A stretch of 64,000 nt of DNA from Escherichia phage QL01: sequence record NC_028847.1. One strand, 5' to 3'. Shown here piece after piece: positions 61,641-64,000 of this stretch. The position numbers were made by a program, and so were the translations under genes. The notes under the pieces are model-generated. The model saw only the letters and a list, made by a program, of their open reading frames with translations, did no database searches and had not been told where the DNA came from. Numbering within the stretch: the stretch's first letter is position 1; each line of letters opens with the position of its first letter.

Positions 61641-63725
61641 TTACCCTTGGATGAATTTTTCTGGGATGTCATAGAGGTCTATGCATGAAGCCAAAAGAGG
61701 CAGTACATCAAACCGTGTAGATTTAACAAATGAATCAAAAGATAAGGGGCTTTCGGAAGTATCGAAGTCATCTTGATATACGACCAACTCGCCGGTTTCC
61801 ATTAGTACATCACCATCATATACCACAGATTCTTGAAGCTCATCTGTTGTCATAACTTCAGCTTGAATGAGTTTTGTATTACTAGATGTTGTTCCATCAT
61901 TATTAGAAGCATCTGTTATTTTATTAACTTTGACCATTAATCCACGCGGTAGAATAACTTCGGCTTCAGTTGCTATTCCGAGATTTCCTGGATATACGAC
62001 ATTAACTTTATGGGCCCCATCAATAGCCCATCCTATTTGAACTTTAACATAATCAGGATTTTCTTTATATGCTCTTATTTCATTAGGATTAATAGTTATT
62101 CCTTCTTCATTTTTATCGACTGTCAATTCATTGCGAACTTCAGGTTCTAAAAGACCGATACCAGCGTGCGTAACACCAAAACGTCCGAAAATTATAGGGG
62201 TCAATGAAGTGGATACAAAATTTCTAAAATAAAACACTTTATTTTTAACTAGTGCTTCGTATATAGGAGCAGTCATACTCTGGGCACGATAAACTGTGAT
62301 GCCCTCTGGTATACGGTCGCCATTTTCAAAAGCAGAATCCAAATTATTAACTGCAGATTCGATATCTTTTTCGCTCATAACCTCATAGTTCTGAGGATTA
62401 TAACGTCCTAAAAGAAGATTATTTATGTCTGTATATCCTGAACCACAATATTCTCTGATACCACGCTTTTGTGATGGAGTATATTTAGAACCCTCACGAG
62501 CAATAGTAATATCGACCATAATACCGCCACCTACACCAGCAAAACTATACACGCGTTTTTTAATGAACTTGGTCTTGGCCGCTTTCCACTTGGCCTCTGT
62601 CAATTCGTTCCAAAGGTCATCAGGTTGGCCTTTACGGGTTCTGTTATGAATAGCCAGCCACTCGCCTTTGTATTCTTCGAAAATGGTATTAATAGTAGAG
62701 GCATATTTTTCTAGGGCTTTAACAGATGTCAAAGGTTCGTTTTTGATGGCCGTAAGGATTTTCTCTTTAATTTTCTCTTGGATTTCGCCAATACCGTGAA
62801 GTGGGAACAATTTGTAATCGTAATGCAATTCTTCAGCAGTGCCTTCAGCCACTATATTAGCAACCTTATTTTTAGCCGCAGGAGAATTGTTATTAGTAAC
62901 CATTTCCTGAGCCTCAGGGATTAATGGAACTGTTGCCGGTTTATTAAAATCTACTGCAGTAGCTTCATATTTCTTAAACAGCTCACTTTCATTACGATAA
63001 GATTCTAACGATTGACTTGCTGCAATGGCACGTCGAGAAATCTTAGTCTTGGTTATAACCATTTTATCAGTGCGACGTTCTTCAACCTTAGCAATACTAC
63101 CGGCAATAGCAGTTTCTTTAGTAACCTGCATGCCTTCTTTTTTGGAAATATAAACTTCGCCGACATCAGAATCTACCTTAGTATACAATTCAGCATTAAT
63201 TCCAGGCATACCTTTGATATCTTCTATATCAGCTTGTTTACGAACTACCAGGATGTAAGTATGTTTACCGGTAAATTGGTACATAGCCGGAACTACTTTA
63301 AAACGTCCACCTGTTTTCTGTGCTACCAAACGTTGGATAATCCGTTGAACGATAGGGCCTTGACCTTTCATTTTCTTAGTAGGGAAACGGAACATCACGG
63401 CATCCATACGAAGCTTTTTAACTTGGTCATAAACCACATCAAAAATAGTATTAATCGCATCTACGGGAGTAGGGCCTAGGCCACCTTTAAGTTCGGCAGG
63501 CGAACCTTTAGCTGAAAGGCTCATAAGGATAACGTGGGCATATTTATCACCCATCTTAACCTGTTTAATAGCATCACCTTCAGAAGCGTAGGATACCATA
63601 CGCGCCACTAATTGGGATTCTGCGTCACCAATCTTCCAAATCTGGGGTACTTTAAGTTTTGGGTTCAAGTTTACTGTAGGCAGTGTGCCTTCGGACTCAA
63701 ACACTTCATTTAATTGTTCGGTCAT
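61641..63725 (-). CDS. Alt-like ADP-ribosyltransferase, copy 3
   Basis: 694 aa; N-terminus MTEQLNEVFESEG more diverged; YRA, STSL, EAEVILPRG motifs; C-terminal tail PEKFIQG shared with copy 2. Confidence 0.8.
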   Translation of the reverse strand: MTEQLNEVFESEGTLPTVNLNPKLKVPQIWKIGDAESQLVARMVSYASEGDAIKQVKMGDKYAHVILMSLSAKGSPAELKGGLGPTPVDAINTIFDVVYDQVKKLRMDAVMFRFPTKKMKGQGPIVQRIIQRLVAQKTGGRFKVVPAMYQFTGKHTYILVVRKQADIEDIKGMPGINAELYTKVDSDVGEVYISKKEGMQVTKETAIAGSIAKVEERRTDKMVITKTKISRRAIAASQSLESYRNESELFKKYEATAVDFNKPATVPLIPEAQEMVTNNNSPAAKNKVANIVAEGTAEELHYDYKLFPLHGIGEIQEKIKEKILTAIKNEPLTSVKALEKYASTINTIFEEYKGEWLAIHNRTRKGQPDDLWNELTEAKWKAAKTKFIKKRVYSFAGVGGGIMVDITIAREGSKYTPSQKRGIREYCGSGYTDINNLLLGRYNPQNYEVMSEKDIESAVNNLDSAFENGDRIPEGITVYRAQSMTAPIYEALVKNKVFYFRNFVSTSLTPIIFGRFGVTHAGIGLLEPEVRNELTVDKNEEGITINPNEIRAYKENPDYVKVQIGWAIDGAHKVNVVYPGNLGIATEAEVILPRGLMVKVNKITDASNNDGTTSSNTKLIQAEVMTTDELQESVVYDGDVLMETGELVVYQDDFDTSESPLSFDSFVKSTRFDVLPLLASCIDLYDIPEKFIQG

Positions 63726-63779
63726 AATAATTCCTCTTTAATAACCTTATTTATGCCAGAAAAGGCCCGAAGGCCTTTA

Positions 63780-63998
63780 TTAAAGTACTAACAGCGTACG
63801 GTACACTTCAAATTTAGGACCCTTTTCATAGCGGTCGAAATTATCTTTAAAATCAGCGAACGCGATTTCATTTTCAAATTCAAGGACAATTTGGGACACT
63901 GCAGTGGAGACATCCCCACCTTCTTTATATCCAATAACCACGGTTTCTAAATAAGCTTTCATATTATAGACCAGTTTGAGACCAATCACCGAATACAT
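63780..63998 (-). CDS. hypothetical protein (may extend beyond window end)
   Basis: 72 aa ORF upstream of the alt array; terminator-like hairpin ggcccgaaggcc between it and alt copy 3. Confidence 0.4.
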   Translation of the reverse strand: MYSVIGLKLVYNMKAYLETVVIGYKEGGDVSTAVSQIVLEFENEIAFADFKDNFDRYEKGPKFEVYRTLLVL

Positions 63999-64000
63999 CT

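Noticed and set aside
63780-63998. Calling the 72-aa ORF at the window edge a specific T4 gene
   Set aside because: Sequence gives no recognisable motif and the ORF may continue beyond the window; left as hypothetical.

Overview
This window reads as the late structural and morphogenesis region of a T4-like (Tevenvirinae-type) phage. All calls rest on reading the six-frame translations, gene order and motifs by eye; no database search was run. The plus strand carries a near-complete syntenic run gp53-gp5-gp5.1-gp5.4-gp6-gp7-gp8-gp9-gp10-gp11-gp12-wac-gp13-gp14-gp15-gp16-gp17-gp18-gp19-gp20-gp67-gp68-gp21-gp22-gp23-gp24, then uvsW and gp51-gp27-gp28-gp29-gp48-gp54. The minus strand carries gp4-gp2-gp3-gp1-57A-57B, rnlB-hoc-inh, uvsY-gp25-gp26, a tRNA cluster and many small accessory genes. 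The most interesting accessory content is: (1) three tandem Alt-like ADP-ribosyltransferase genes with near-identical N-termini and divergent middle regions; (2) three genes carrying the T4 internal-protein capsid-targeting N-terminus (MKTYQEFIxE-like); (3) a tandem family of small proteins ending in W-x-S-S-x-x-C; (4) a second, diverged gp24 copy; (5) three homing-endonuclease insertions (two HNH, one GIY-YIG); (6) repeated regulatory DNA: a five-copy early-promoter cassette, a three-copy identical terminator hairpin, and back-to-back divergent late promoters. Small-motif coordinates are hand-counted and may be off by 1-2 nt; several ORF-track starts appear to be GTG/TTG or upstream of the likely true ATG and were adjusted where noted.
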